DNA of 63,878 bases, filler included, from Choristocarpus tenellus KU-1152 (GCA_964200185.2; 13 parts of 13 records of this genome joined end to end with filler, not necessarily neighbours in it); one strand, 5' to 3'; positions 52,544 through 63,878 are shown, counted from the first letter of the whole stretch. The notes: generated by a model from the sequence alone, not told the origin. Numbers and translations: made by a program.

Positions 52544-53099
52544 ACAGATAGTTGAGACAATACTCCTTAAACTGGCACTATGTATGTAGGGTGGTCTAGA
52601 AACGAGGGTGAGTATTTCTAAAGATATTTCGAGCCCTTCTTGCCCACCACCCTTACTACGTCTTCAACTTGAAATGCATCAGTCACGTATGGATCGCTAT
52701 GATGGGAAGTTGTATGTGATGGAGGTGGGTGTAAATGAAAATGTCAAGTGTTTTGTTTCAAACGAAAATAATAAGAACGATGGCATTGCACTTACTTTTA
52801 GTATGTAGTAGTAATAGTAGTAGTAGTAGTAGTATAGGTGAAGAGAGTGTCCATATTGAGGATACAGACATCAGAAAAACAAAAGAGTGATGAGAGTGAA
52901 TCCGTTCGTTCCCATGTTTGGCAGTTGGAAGTTAGGTAGTAGTCCAATCCCTTCCACAAGTACTCGTTGGCACGTTAAGACATTTCACATTTGCATGTAT
53001 AAGAGGAAAGAAGGGTATGGGCGATCAAGAGCAAGTAACTGCGGTTAGATCGCCTGTATAGATCTGTGTTCCATCCTGCAGACCGTTATCTGAAAACCA

Positions 53100-56000
53100 A
53101 TGTCAAAGGAGAGTGGACCAGACGGTGAGATTCCAAAAAGGGGGGGAACCGTAGTATACAGATGTAATCGATTATATGGGTTCTCCCTGATAAATTCAGT
53201 TGAATCGTATGGTCTGGAAATGCGATGGGCTTTCTCTGTGCTGTATTGCCAGTAGTTGACATTGGTTGCAAGCTCAGGTTCAATTTTTCTTGAAGAACAA
53301 CACGAATCCAACCAACTGAGACCATCTCAATACCGCATCTATTCCATCATCTCGACCATTTTTTCGAGCTTCCCCTCATTACAGCTTAAGTGCACACCAA
53401 TTCGTGAAGATAACTCATCGCTCTACAGTAGTGACTTAATCACAATCCCACAATGACTAAAACTTTCCAGGAGATCCCGCAATGGAGGAGTCTTTCTCTG
53501 ACCTGCTGCGAGAGCTTAAGGAAGGAAGTGAGTCTTGTGGGGTGCTACGGGATGAGGTGGCGGGACTTGTGGCCTCTTCACGAGAGGTGAGATAGGTTCA
53601 TGGGAGTTGAGAACATTGTCTCTATCATCATGGAACCATGGTCGTGCGAAGCTCGTAGTCCTGAACTATAGAATCTTGACGTTTGCTTATCTCGGGAATG
53701 TGGTATCGATCGACGATGAATGCGCAACGCCAACGCACCGTTGTAGAACCTGACACGTAGCAACGACTGTTTTGCCTCAACCACAGATGTGCACCCGGGC
53801 TGATAGTGCGAGAGATGCCTTGGCGGTGGCACTTGGGTTGGCTTCTGCTAACTCTGGAAGAGGTGCTACAGAGGTGGCTACGGAGGGCGAAACGCAAAGA
53901 AATCCCTCGGCTAGACTTGCTAGCCTTAAAGAACGATGTTTTGTGCGCATGGAGGCAACGCTGCAAGTCCAGGCGAGGAGATCTCACCCACGACAGCAAT
54001 TTCGAAAATGATAACCCTAAGTCTGATAGGAAAAGGAACGGTAGAGGATACTAGCTGTGCTGTAGAAGTGAGGTTCCACAATGACTAGGATTGAAGAAGA
54101 GCAACGATTAGGAGTGATGTAAAACTTGACAACAGCAAGATCGAAAGGGTAAAGGATATTGCAGGACAAGTCCACCTTAGTGGGTCATTGGTTAAGAAGG
54201 TAGCTTTTCGCAAGTGACATCTGCCCTTTAGTCTTGATACGACTCCTAGAATCAAAGTATGTATGGGACATGTTCATTTGCTGATCTGCGCATCTATGTT
54301 CCTTTGTACTATCTTTGTTCTCATTCTGTCTGCTGACTTGAATTCAGATCTTATGACTGACTGCTTACAATTGTAGCTCTCCTTCCTCCAAAATGCACGA
54401 AAAATATTATAGTTAGGGTGGTGTGTGGGGGCAGTCAGTAGCATGGATGCATCATATGGTCAAAGGAGGGATTTGATGGGCAGCAGAGGAGCAACACGGT
54501 CACTCAAATCTTGATGCGATTACAACTCTGCGTTCCTTCAGTCTCACTCTATGGGTGCTGGACAGAAGGTGTATCACGGAAAAAACCAATCATGGGCATT
54601 GATTGGCATTGCACTTAGCCACTGTTACCACACTTAATTTCCTGACTCTTCCTTAGTTTTCTATTGTTTCCTTCTCTTTTGACATATTACTTGCCGGTGT
54701 GTGCAACTGGGGCAATGGCAGGTCCTGGATCCGCTCGACAATATGCTAGCCTATCGAGCAGAGTTGGAGGTGAGATTAGATCATGACAATGTAACCACCC
54801 CAAACCCACTTACACTGCAGTATACCAAATGCAATATGTGAGGAAAAATGTTAACTACAAGAAAATGAATTAAAATGTGCATTTGTTGTTGTATAGAAAG
54901 AAATGCGTGTGACTCAATGACTATTAATCACCCAACTATTTCCTGATTCTAAGATCGAAAAAACACACACCTCTTCTTTCTGAACACGGACTCAGGAAAA
55001 GTTAAAAGATAGAGAAGCTGCGGCAAAAGCATTGGTCAGGGCTCGTGACAACTATGCTCAAAAAGTAGCCCAATACGGAGAGAAAAAGAATGGCAGTGGT
55101 GTGGTAACAAATCCAAATCTGTTGACCTTGGAGGAGAACATGTCAAAGAAAAGAAGAGCCTTTAAAAAGGCAAATTTTATTGCAGAGAACGAGCTCAGGA
55201 ACTTGATGGAGATGAGGGATAACTTGCTGAGGGAGGTGCTTGCATCGGTGCGTGGTGTATGGAGAGTGGTCAGTTTGTTTGGTGTCTTGAAATGTACTTT
55301 TAGAATTTCTGTTTCTATGGCATGGGGTCTGGATTGGAGATAAGGCATCAATGAAGATGTTTTGAAAAATATATAGGTGCATCTGCTGTGTTGGAAATAT
55401 GTGGAATGTGGGGAAGAGTGGACAGATGAGAGACTGCAGACTGCAATGTAATGTTTATAATTTTATTTTTGATATTTCTGGAGGTATGAAATATTTGCTC
55501 TGAGAGAGGATCCTGCCTGTGTGCTGTTGCTGCTATGCTGCATCCTGATCAGAAAAGGGGAGAGAAGATCCCGTGGCCTTGTTCAAATATAGTTACTTTC
55601 CCTGTTACCTCCTTTTTTTTAATCTCAGTTTCCATCTACTTTCCTAACCCTTGTGTCCCCCTTGAAAAAATCATCCACAAAGCTACAATCTTCACAGATC
55701 GCATTTTTCCGCTCAGCAACCCGATGCATGGGAGGGGGTGATGATGGGGCATCAAGGAACCCTGGGGTTAGGCGAGCACCAGCTGCCAAATCTGATTCTG
55801 TGCCAATAGAAAGGGGCCGTAGAGTAGGTTCAGATTTTGTCGTACCAACAAAGACGGCTATGGAGGCACCCAAACGTTCGAGGTCATTAAACCCACCTAA
55901 GGTGTTGGCAGAGCAAGATTTGAGTAAAGATTCGCCAAAACACCTGAATAGCAAAAGTGCCCTGCCTGTATCTGGGGTGTCTGTTCGTGAACTGAGACAG

Positions 56001-59000
56001 GTATGCCTTGTGTATATCTGTGTTTTGTGATGGAAGGGTGGAATTACATTGGCATGCAGTGCCACAAAATCTAATCTTCTTTGAATGTGTTACAGAAGGA
56101 TAATGGTGTACCTGACGTGAGGTGAACATTTGTCGACCACAAAGGTTGTGTATTTGCATACTTCTTTTAAATGCAGTTAAGACAGACAAATCCATGTGGG
56201 CGTGTATTAGGATATTAGACAGACATTGGGTACCCATTTTGTTACAATGGGGAGAAATATATAACGATTATCTGAGATTCCTCCTTGGATTGCAATATCA
56301 ATGTGAATGCATCACGCTTCTGCCCAGCACCGACCTGACCCCTTCCCACAAAACGGTGGAAAACACAATCAGGACCCTAGTCTGCGAGCCCTTTCCGGTT
56401 TGAGCAAAATCTCGACTCACCTCTAGCCTCTACCTTCATTGCCTTGAATCCCTTCATGAACTGCAACACACCACTTTCCCCTCCCCCGTTGCTATATCTG
56501 ATCTGTTCGTCCTCCAACATTACCTACTCTGTCCTGGATCTTCCTCTCGTCGCTTGTGTTGGCTATAGCGCTTTAATCAAGGTCCATCTCCTAAATCTGT
56601 GATATTCTACGAGGGAAAAGGTGGAAATGGCGCGACGAACTCAGCACCAGGTCACGAAACTAGTAGCAACTTGGCATCCAAGGTAAAGGATTCCTTGCTG
56701 TTACGAGGGAACGGGACGACAGCGTTCCAGAATGGGGAGGGAGGGGATGTCAGGGAACGGTTGGCCAGTGGGAATGATCTAAGCTCGGCGCAGAACTCCC
56801 CGCAGTTGACGCCACTTGAGCGTTGGCGGCTTTACAGGGGCAAGGGGATGTCTCCTTCGGGGTCAACAGCAGCATCGACTACGGCGATGGTAAGTTAATG
56901 GCATTTTAGTTTGCAGGGAAGCGAAGCTGTAGCATTTGCAAAGTTAATGTCTTGCGAAAGTTGTGGGAGTGGGAGAACTGAGTGCGTTAGGGGGTAAAAA
57001 TGATAACAGGGGTGAGTATTCTTGGACATTTCTCAACGATGTTGCACAGGAATACAATGCGGCAGTGGCTCGTGTCCCAGCAAGTTTGTAGATCTTGACT
57101 GTTGTGGAATTGTTCTACATGATCAATAATCGAGTGGTTGAAACGAATGGAAAGCGAGGTGTTTGTTGTGATGATTGAGACTTTCTATGTCAAGCGACCA
57201 AACTTCGAGGTGCTTTTGTATTGTGTGTGAAGAGGACAAGGGAAACTGAACTCTTTTTAGTGTTCATATATGCAAAATGAGGTGGAACAAAATGGCGTGG
57301 AGTTGTACGTACGTGTTTAGCAGTGTTTGGAAAGAAGAAGCTTTCTCTTCTCTTTTTTGTCTCTAACCTCTCTTCTCAGATTGCCAACTCTCATACATAA
57401 AACACCTAAAAACTTGTCCTGTGAGACTGAGGGATATTTTTGCTCTTCTGTGGGTGGTGTATAGGTAACATCAGGAGGTGCCCAATTGCCCATTGGAAGT
57501 TCATGCGGTCATGGGGCAGGTGCTCGAAGCAAGAGGTTATTTTCTCAGCACGATGTAGTTTCTTCACTGCCTTGTAACACAGTATCCCAACCACATACCC
57601 AACCCCCCAATACCCAAGACCTCACACACCTTTCACCATATCACCCCTCCTTTCAATTGCCAGGATCGTGTTGAAGGTGCAGATACATCTTCCACATCTG
57701 CTGGCACTTCACCTACAACCTCAGATGTAAAGGAAGCCCCCAAAGGAAAGGTCCATGCAGTCAAGTCTCCCTCGCCCAAGCCACAACCGCCCAGCAAAGT
57801 TCATTCTCCTCCCACAGATCATAAATCCACTCCAGGTAAGAAGGACACAGGAGACAAGTGGACGAGTGCGGTAGGCGCCGTAAAGCAGGGACAGTTGAAC
57901 CATGGGCAGAGAAGTGAGCACACTTCTCCAGGACGCAAAGCAAATTCTGCTGCGCTTGGAGGGAGTGGTATTGAGACCGCTGTGAGGAAAGACATGGTGG
58001 AGGGGGAAGACCCTGAAGAGCGGAAAGGGGGAAGAGCTGCTGGAGGAGGTGGGGGGCATGCACCTAAGCCTCTATCTGGAACAATAAGTCAGTGGTTCTC
58101 GCAATTCATTAGGGATTATGGAGAGGGTCATGATGGGTCGTCAGAGTGTGGTTCCGATATTCAATCCGACCCTGATGCTAAACCTAAACCTGGATCGGAA
58201 CCCACCAAGAGCAATCTCAGGGATCGAGCGACAAATGAATCCACTAGGACAGATTCAGTGGGTTCGAGTTCTTGTTCTACAGAGGGGTTCGGATTCCCCA
58301 ATGGGGAGGTTGAAGGTGACCGGCCAATCTACTCCAGCTTGGCTACAGAGGCTGACTCTTCTGACGAGGAAGTACAGGGATACACGAGAAGAAATTTTGG
58401 ATCCATTAGTTCACAGTTGTCTGAAAGGAGTGAGGAAGGAGTGGGTGAAAGAGAAGCAAAGAGCCACACTGATGAAACCAAGAAAGTCAACAGTGGACGG
58501 GAAGGAATACAGCAGCCCAAAGGAGACAATGCACAGCCATTACATCTTGCCAAATCGACGGCGATGACAGATGTTCCTGATGATGGGGATGGGCGGGGAG
58601 GTGGTGGTGGTGAAGAAGTTTCACCTCCTATCTGGGTCAAGGATGAGACGTTTCAGTCCGAGGGGTCTTCATCGCCTTTGGTTTCCAACACTTCATCCCA
58701 AGCTTCATCATCCTCCCGGTCGCGCTTCTCGGCACTGCCTCCTCTACTACCCCCTCCTCCTGCAGGGCCAAGAACAACAGCGACCCCAAGTACCATTGTG
58801 ATGTCCTGGAAGTCTCTGGGTGGAGGGAAATGTGGGTCTGGAACTGGAAGTGGGACTGGTGCTACTTCCACAGTCAGTGATGGAAGGATCTCTCCTGTGT
58901 TGGTCCCTGCCAATATCAGGGGAAGGAATGCTCCTCCCCGCTCTCCCACGGATGGGGCTCAGATGAGCAAGATGCATACAGGGACAGGGAAGAATATGAA

Positions 59001-59585
59001 GACATCTTCGCTGAAGTTAGCTATGCCCACGCCTCGCAGGGCAAGCATGGGGGGCATGGTGGGAAGTGTATCCCCAGAGGATAGTGGTGGTGCTCAGGGA
59101 ACAGTGGCAGGGGATCAACAGAATGTACCATTGCATTTGCATCCTCAGTCTCCTTGTTTATCTGTTGCCTCCCGTCAATCGCTCTCGCCTTGTGGAGACA
59201 GTCTGCTGGAGCCTGAGACAGAAGGATTGCTTGGGAGTGGAGTGAGTAGTGTTGGGTCCAAGGGTGGTGGCAGTAGTGTAATGAACTCGGTAAAGAGGAT
59301 TGAGTGTAAGGAAAAGGGGGGTGGGAAGCAAGGGGAAATGATGCCAGATTGTAGTAGCAACAGAGGTGCCAACAGAAGTAATAGTGCAATGGAGGATCAG
59401 GGAGAGGCAATGAAGGTGGTCATGTCGGGAGGAAGGCCACGGACTGCTGAGGGTTTGATGGCGGCTGGGGAGAGAGAAATCTCAGTCAATTTCCTGTTAA
59501 GTGAGCAAGAGAGACCTCTGGAGGCCTCCATGGTATTTTTGGATGTGACAGGGCTTGGTCGGGTGCAGGGGGTGTGCCATTTGTG
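53100..59585 (+). CDS. Large protein with an N-terminal BAR-like helical bundle and a long Ser/Gly/Pro-rich disordered region (3' end open at gap)
   Basis: Phase-compatible exons 53100-53124, 53471-53586, 53787-53972, 54722-54769, 54996-55247, 55629-56000, 56569-56889 and 57664->59560. The N-terminal ~210 aa read LQVQVLDPLDNMLAYRAELEEKLKDREAAAKALVRARDNY...AFKKANFIAENELRNLMEMRDNLL, a BAR-like helix pattern. Confidence 0.7.
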
Positions 59586-60036
59586 NNNNNNNNNNNNNNN
59601 NNNNNNNNNNNNNNNNNNNNNNNNNNNNNTTAATTAATTAANNNNNNNNNNNNNNNNNNNNNNNNNNNNNNNNNNNNNNNNNNNNGTGCTTCCTCCCCCT
59701 CCCCCCCCCCACCAAGACAGTTGTGCCAACGTGATCTAATGTCACATTCAACACCATCAAGTCTAGACCTGTCTTGATTGTTGGAAGAATTGAAGCTCTG
59801 CTTGTTTGTCCCAAGAAAGGTCAACTTGCCCTCTAGACAGACCTATTCCCATTGACTGAGTAACGATTCACCGAGGTATTTTTTTTATTTCCCTATATAT
59901 ATTTTTTCAAATTGTCAACACATTGCGTTTGGGTGCAACTGGACGGGCCCGCGGCTGGGCCGGCCAATGCACTCTGATTGGTTCTGAATGCCGGGGGTGG
60001 GGGGGGGAAACGGCTTTGCTGTTCTGCGGCAAACAG

Positions 60037-63000
60037 GTTTTCAAGGACATTGGGGAAGCCTGTCTCGAGCAGGTCATGGCAGGCTTCAACTGCACTGTTA
60101 TTGCCTACGGGCAGGTGTGTCCGATTGTTTGGGTGAAAGGAGGAGGGATGCAATTGTGTCCGTTTGATTGGGTGAAAGGAGGAGGAATGCAATTGTGTCC
60201 ACGTTCTGGAGTGCATGCCTCAACAAATTGGTTGTGGAAGGCTGGCCGGGATAGTCACCCAGAAAGACACATCTCTCTTAGGGAAAAGGATATGCCCTGG
60301 CTCAATCTCTTGTCTTGACGCATGACAATCAGAGGGGTATATTGTACATCCTGTTACCTACATTGACAGCGTCTATCTGTATATAAAAATAAAATAAAAT
60401 TGTAGAGTCGGTGAGATTCTGAGTGTTGTTTTAGTAAGTCATTCCACATCAATGTGTCCCAGCACGGTGGTGTTGCACATGAACTACAACACCTTGCCAC
60501 GGCATTTGGAACAGAACCTGATGCTAGCACTCGCCTAAAACTCATTTCTCATTTTCGATATTTCTCATCAGTGTGCACACTCTGGCACATGCTTGTATTT
60601 GTGCCAATCCATAAAGAAGTGTCCCCTCCCCCCCTCCCCCTGGCAAAGAGAAGTAGATGGTTTACCTATCAAACTCACATCCCCATTCAACTCTTGTTTG
60701 AGCACTACCACTGGCCTTGGGGTCTGCCTAAGGTGATTGGCCTAAGCGCATTAGGCAAGTAGTGTCTGTGCATCCGCATTGCCTGCTCTCTAATACCTCC
60801 TACTCTTTTGTCCATAGACAGGATCTGGCAAGTCATACACAATGATGGGGACGGGGGATGTCTTTGATGGTGACATACCAGAAGAAGACCATGGCATCAT
60901 ACCCCGCCTCTGTTCCCGCCTGTTTAATAGGGTGAGTATCCCATGCCAGACAACGAGCCAATTCCCAATGCTATCCATAACTACGGTTTCTTACATTTCA
61001 ACCTTAAGGGTTCAGCATCATTGAAAATTGGAATAACACAGACTGTCATCATCATCTCCAAGTAAAGAGCTGGTAGGCTTCACTCGCCACCTTGAATCTT
61101 GTCCTGGCACTAAATGAGAATCTTCCTTTCAAAGCGTTGTCAAAGAACAATTTGAGGGCATAAACTATAAATGATATCTTGTCCGAAATGAGTGGAATTG
61201 CATCCTATCCCAAACTTCAACCTTAGAGCGAAATAGTGGGGGAAGCTGAGCGTTTTCATTCTACTATAAAGGAGACGCATCCCGTGCAAGCTTTGGGTGA
61301 TACACACAATTTCATTCAATTCACACAGTTTCATTCAATTCACACAGACAGTTACACTTAAGGGCTCACCCAACCTTAACCCTGAACCGTATCTTTGACT
61401 TGCCATTCATTGTGAACAATAGTAGCTGATAGAAAACGTGGTAGTGTTTTTGTTGACCCTGCTTGAGACCTCCATTTGCAATTGTGAATTTGCTTCAGGT
61501 TATCCTGCCTCTACCAGTTTGCATTCCTTGAGCATATCCTAACCGCAGCCCTGTTGCTACTGTGTACACCTCAGAAAACACAATGCATTAGTATTTAAAG
61601 AATGCCGATCCTCATCCTATCATGTCTATCATCCATGGCAACGTTGAGGCTCTTTTGGTTTCTATGCCGCCCATTAACAGGACGGAGTTTTGAGTCCGGA
61701 TAGTCTAGAACATCCATAAGATCCCTCCCTCCCTGTGTCCAAATGTCCTATATTGTCTATTGGCTACTGAGCTTGCACTATACGCCTGTTCTAGAAGGCA
61801 TTGTTTGGCGATATTTTACTCTGCAACATCTGTCGACCAACACATCTTTGGACCTATCTGCTCTTTATCATCCATTTGTCCAAAACGAAAGTGTTTTTGC
61901 TAGCTTTGTCTCAACTTGGTTTCCACAAAGTGCGGCAATTCTGCAGTAGTGTTTTGTTCTAAGAGTAATATTTTTCCACGCAAGGAAATTCTTCGTACAG
62001 CAGAGAAGAAAAAATGGAACACATCTTGGCAGACAAAAAGAAAAGAAACTTGCCCCCCCAAGAGGAAACCAGCTGGCTGTACTTGCTCGTAATGTCCTTG
62101 TTAAAATACCGCCTATGCTCGTTTGTCAGCATCTTTAAAATTCAACTTTTTGGGTGCACGGCTCGTTAAAATTAACTCTTTGTTGTGAAAAAACCCCTAA
62201 ATCGCCACCTTGTTTTCTGCGAGAGAAACTTTTTTTTTGTGTGGGTGTGTGTGTGTGTGTGTGTGTGTGTGGTATATCAGAAACCACCATCCTTTGATAT
62301 CAGTTCGTACCGACTCTCCCTTCCCTACACACAGCTACTACATCTCAGAATAGGACTGAGCAAAAAGCACAGCATACCCTCTACGACCAGTACATATGTA
62401 TGTACGAATGCATACTAAATACATTCATGTTTCCTGTTCTTCTGCTATCCAATCCCTGCAGCAGAGCACATAAGGTGACTGTCGACCAGTGACGCCAAAG
62501 AAACACCCCCATCAAAACTTCGTGTCAGCCCTTGAGTGAAATTATCTTAGAGGGTACGAGTTTTGCCCTGTTTGTCCATTTGGAGCTTGACTTCCCGTTG
62601 GTTTTTTTATGACATTTACTGACTCCAAATGTTTCGGAGTAGGTAAAATCTTTATGCTATGAAAGGTGTGTCCAGAACATGGATATTGACACTTCCTAAC
62701 AAACACGATGGTCAAAATTACATCAAAATCGCAACATTGGATTTTGGCCCCCAAGTGGACGCGGCTCTACCCTCTTAAGATACTTTGGCTCCTTCCTTAA
62801 GTGAAATTATCTTGGAGGGTACGGCCGTGTCCGTTTGGGAGCCAAACTCTAATTTTCCGATTTTGATGAAAATTTTGCCTATCGTGTTTGTTAGGAAGTA
62901 TCGATAACCTTGTTCCAGACACACCTTTTAATAACGTATGCATTTGACCTACTCCGAAACATTTCTGAGTAGTTAAAATGTCATGAAAAAACCCCGTGGG

Positions 63001-63472
63001 AAGCCAAAGCCCCAAACGGACAAACAGGGCAAAACTTGTACCCTAACCCTCTATAGATACTTTCACCCATTTCCTACTCCATTGGCTTTTATTTTCATCT
63101 CTCTTGCGTGTCCATCTCTCATCACCACTTTTTTCTATTCTTCCTATTTTTGCTCCCACAGCTGGAAGAGGAAGGCAGGAACAGTTCCAATTGGGTTCAA
63201 AGACAACAATCCCCTGTTATTGGTGAGGAAGAGGAAGAGGAGGAGAAGAGAAGGGGCCACTTGGGGGGGGTCAAGTTTACAGTGGAAGCGAGTTATGCGG
63301 AAATTTACAATGAGACCGTCAGAGATCTTTTCAATCCTAAATCAGGGGGTGGAGGTAGCCGGATCAGCAGCAATTTGGGCTGGGGAGGGAAGTCGAATGG
63401 ATTCACAAGATGGGGCGGTGGTAACTTTGGTGGGCAAGAGGGGTATGGGCTACGAGTTCGCGAGGACCCAAG
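60037..63472 (+). CDS. Kinesin motor domain (kinesin-3-like), three internal exons
   Basis: Exons 60037-60114 (GFNCTVIAYGQ), 60818-60931 (P-loop TGSGKSYTMMG...GIIPRLCSRLF) and 63162-63472 (VEASYAEIYNETVRDL...LRVREDP). GT-AG borders, in phase. Confidence 0.93.
60116..60200 (+). repeat. 39-bp tandem duplication at the start of an intron
   Basis: TGTGTCCG..TG.TTGGGTGAAAGGAGGAGG.ATGCAAT occurs twice plus a partial third copy. Confidence 0.85.
62534..62791 (+). mobile_element. MITE family A, full-length copy
   Basis: Both TIRs present. CTT on both flanks. Confidence 0.9.
62799..63068 (-). mobile_element. MITE family A copy, inverted relative to its neighbour, with one extra telomeric unit in a TIR
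   Basis: AAGTGAAATTATCTTGGAGGGTAC ... GTACCCTAACCCTCTATAGATACTTTCACCC. Flanks CTT/ATT. Confidence 0.88.
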
Positions 63473-63784
63473 GTAAGCTTGTCTGAGGCCCTCCTGGCCT
63501 GTAGCAGCATATGTTATACCTCCTTGCAGGTTATTAGTCTTACTTTGTTGCTCTTTATTATCAGTTCTACTTACACTACTTGCTTCAGTTAGTTCAGCTA
63601 TAAATTGCGTATTTCTTTCCTGTAATATATCACCAGCTATTTGGGGCATTACATCCTCTTTTTTCTTAATCGATTCTTGATAAGCTTGATTTAGAGTTTT
63701 CCCTGAAATCACAGTTTTCTGTAGGTCTACTAATTCTTTTTGCACTGCAGAGCGTAGTCCTTGAGTAAGTTCACCTACTACAGG

Positions 63785-63878
63785 CCCATTTTTGATAAGC
63801 ATTGTCCACTTTTTTGCAGCATTTTTTAGAGCCAGGTATATTATTTTCTTTATCGATTCATCATTTGGAAAAACCCCC
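63785..63878 (-). mobile_element. Bacterial IS256-family transposase C-terminal fragment
   Basis: The minus strand reads GVFPNDESIKKIIYLALKNAAKKWTMLIKN, matching the IS256 tail G.FPND.S..K..YLAL.N..KKWTMPI.NW. Confidence 0.8.

Noticed and set aside
57721-59410. Overlapping antisense and alternate-frame ORFs over the long exon (similarly over 17182-18903)
   Set aside because: Expected shadow ORFs of long, low-complexity coding exons.
3665-59685. Recurring TTAATTAATTAA palindrome between N runs
   Set aside because: Assembly spacer with stops in six frames and not biological. ORFs running into it are artefacts, and gap lengths are unknown.
2913-63068. Recurring AAAGTATCT/AGATACTTT motifs as a CRISPR-like or regulatory array
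   Set aside because: Irregularly dispersed, paired as inverted termini with conserved interiors and TSDs. These are MITEs, not a repeat-spacer array.

Overview
Eukaryotic nuclear DNA from a gapped draft assembly. Thirteen contigs are joined by twelve identical artificial 100-bp spacers (44 N + TTAATTAATTAA + 44 N). Gene content points to a flagellated, plastid-bearing stramenopile alga, brown-algal or a close relative (inference): EsV-1-7 repeat protein, plastid stromal processing peptidase, ciliary RPGRIP1L, TTAGGG repeats. By manual splicing I can support the 3' end of eIF2B-gamma (+), the C-terminal exons of an M16 stromal processing peptidase (-), a complete 3-exon EsV-1-7 protein (+), the C-terminus of a Lon protease (-), nine internal exons of an RPGRIP1L/fantom-like protein (+), a BAR-like coiled-coil plus long disordered protein (+) and kinesin-3-like motor exons (+). 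Introns and intergenic DNA are full of decayed TEs: two Ty1/copia pol relics, tyrosine-recombinase retroelement relics, a pogo-like relic, a tRNA-headed SINE, a foldback element and several MITE families. The most unusual signals are: (1) three MITE families with unrelated interiors that share a G-N4-AAAGTA terminus and 3(-4)-bp TSDs, nest in each other and twice sit exactly 7 bp apart; (2) many 2-4-unit interstitial TTAGGG tracts, including single telomere units apparently added inside MITE TIRs; (3) AT-rich bacterial-looking DNA with an IS256 transposase C-terminus inside a kinesin intron; (4) a possible BAR-kinesin fusion gene; (5) a CpG-depleted versus CpG-rich mosaic. All family assignments are from motif recognition by eye; no database searches were run.
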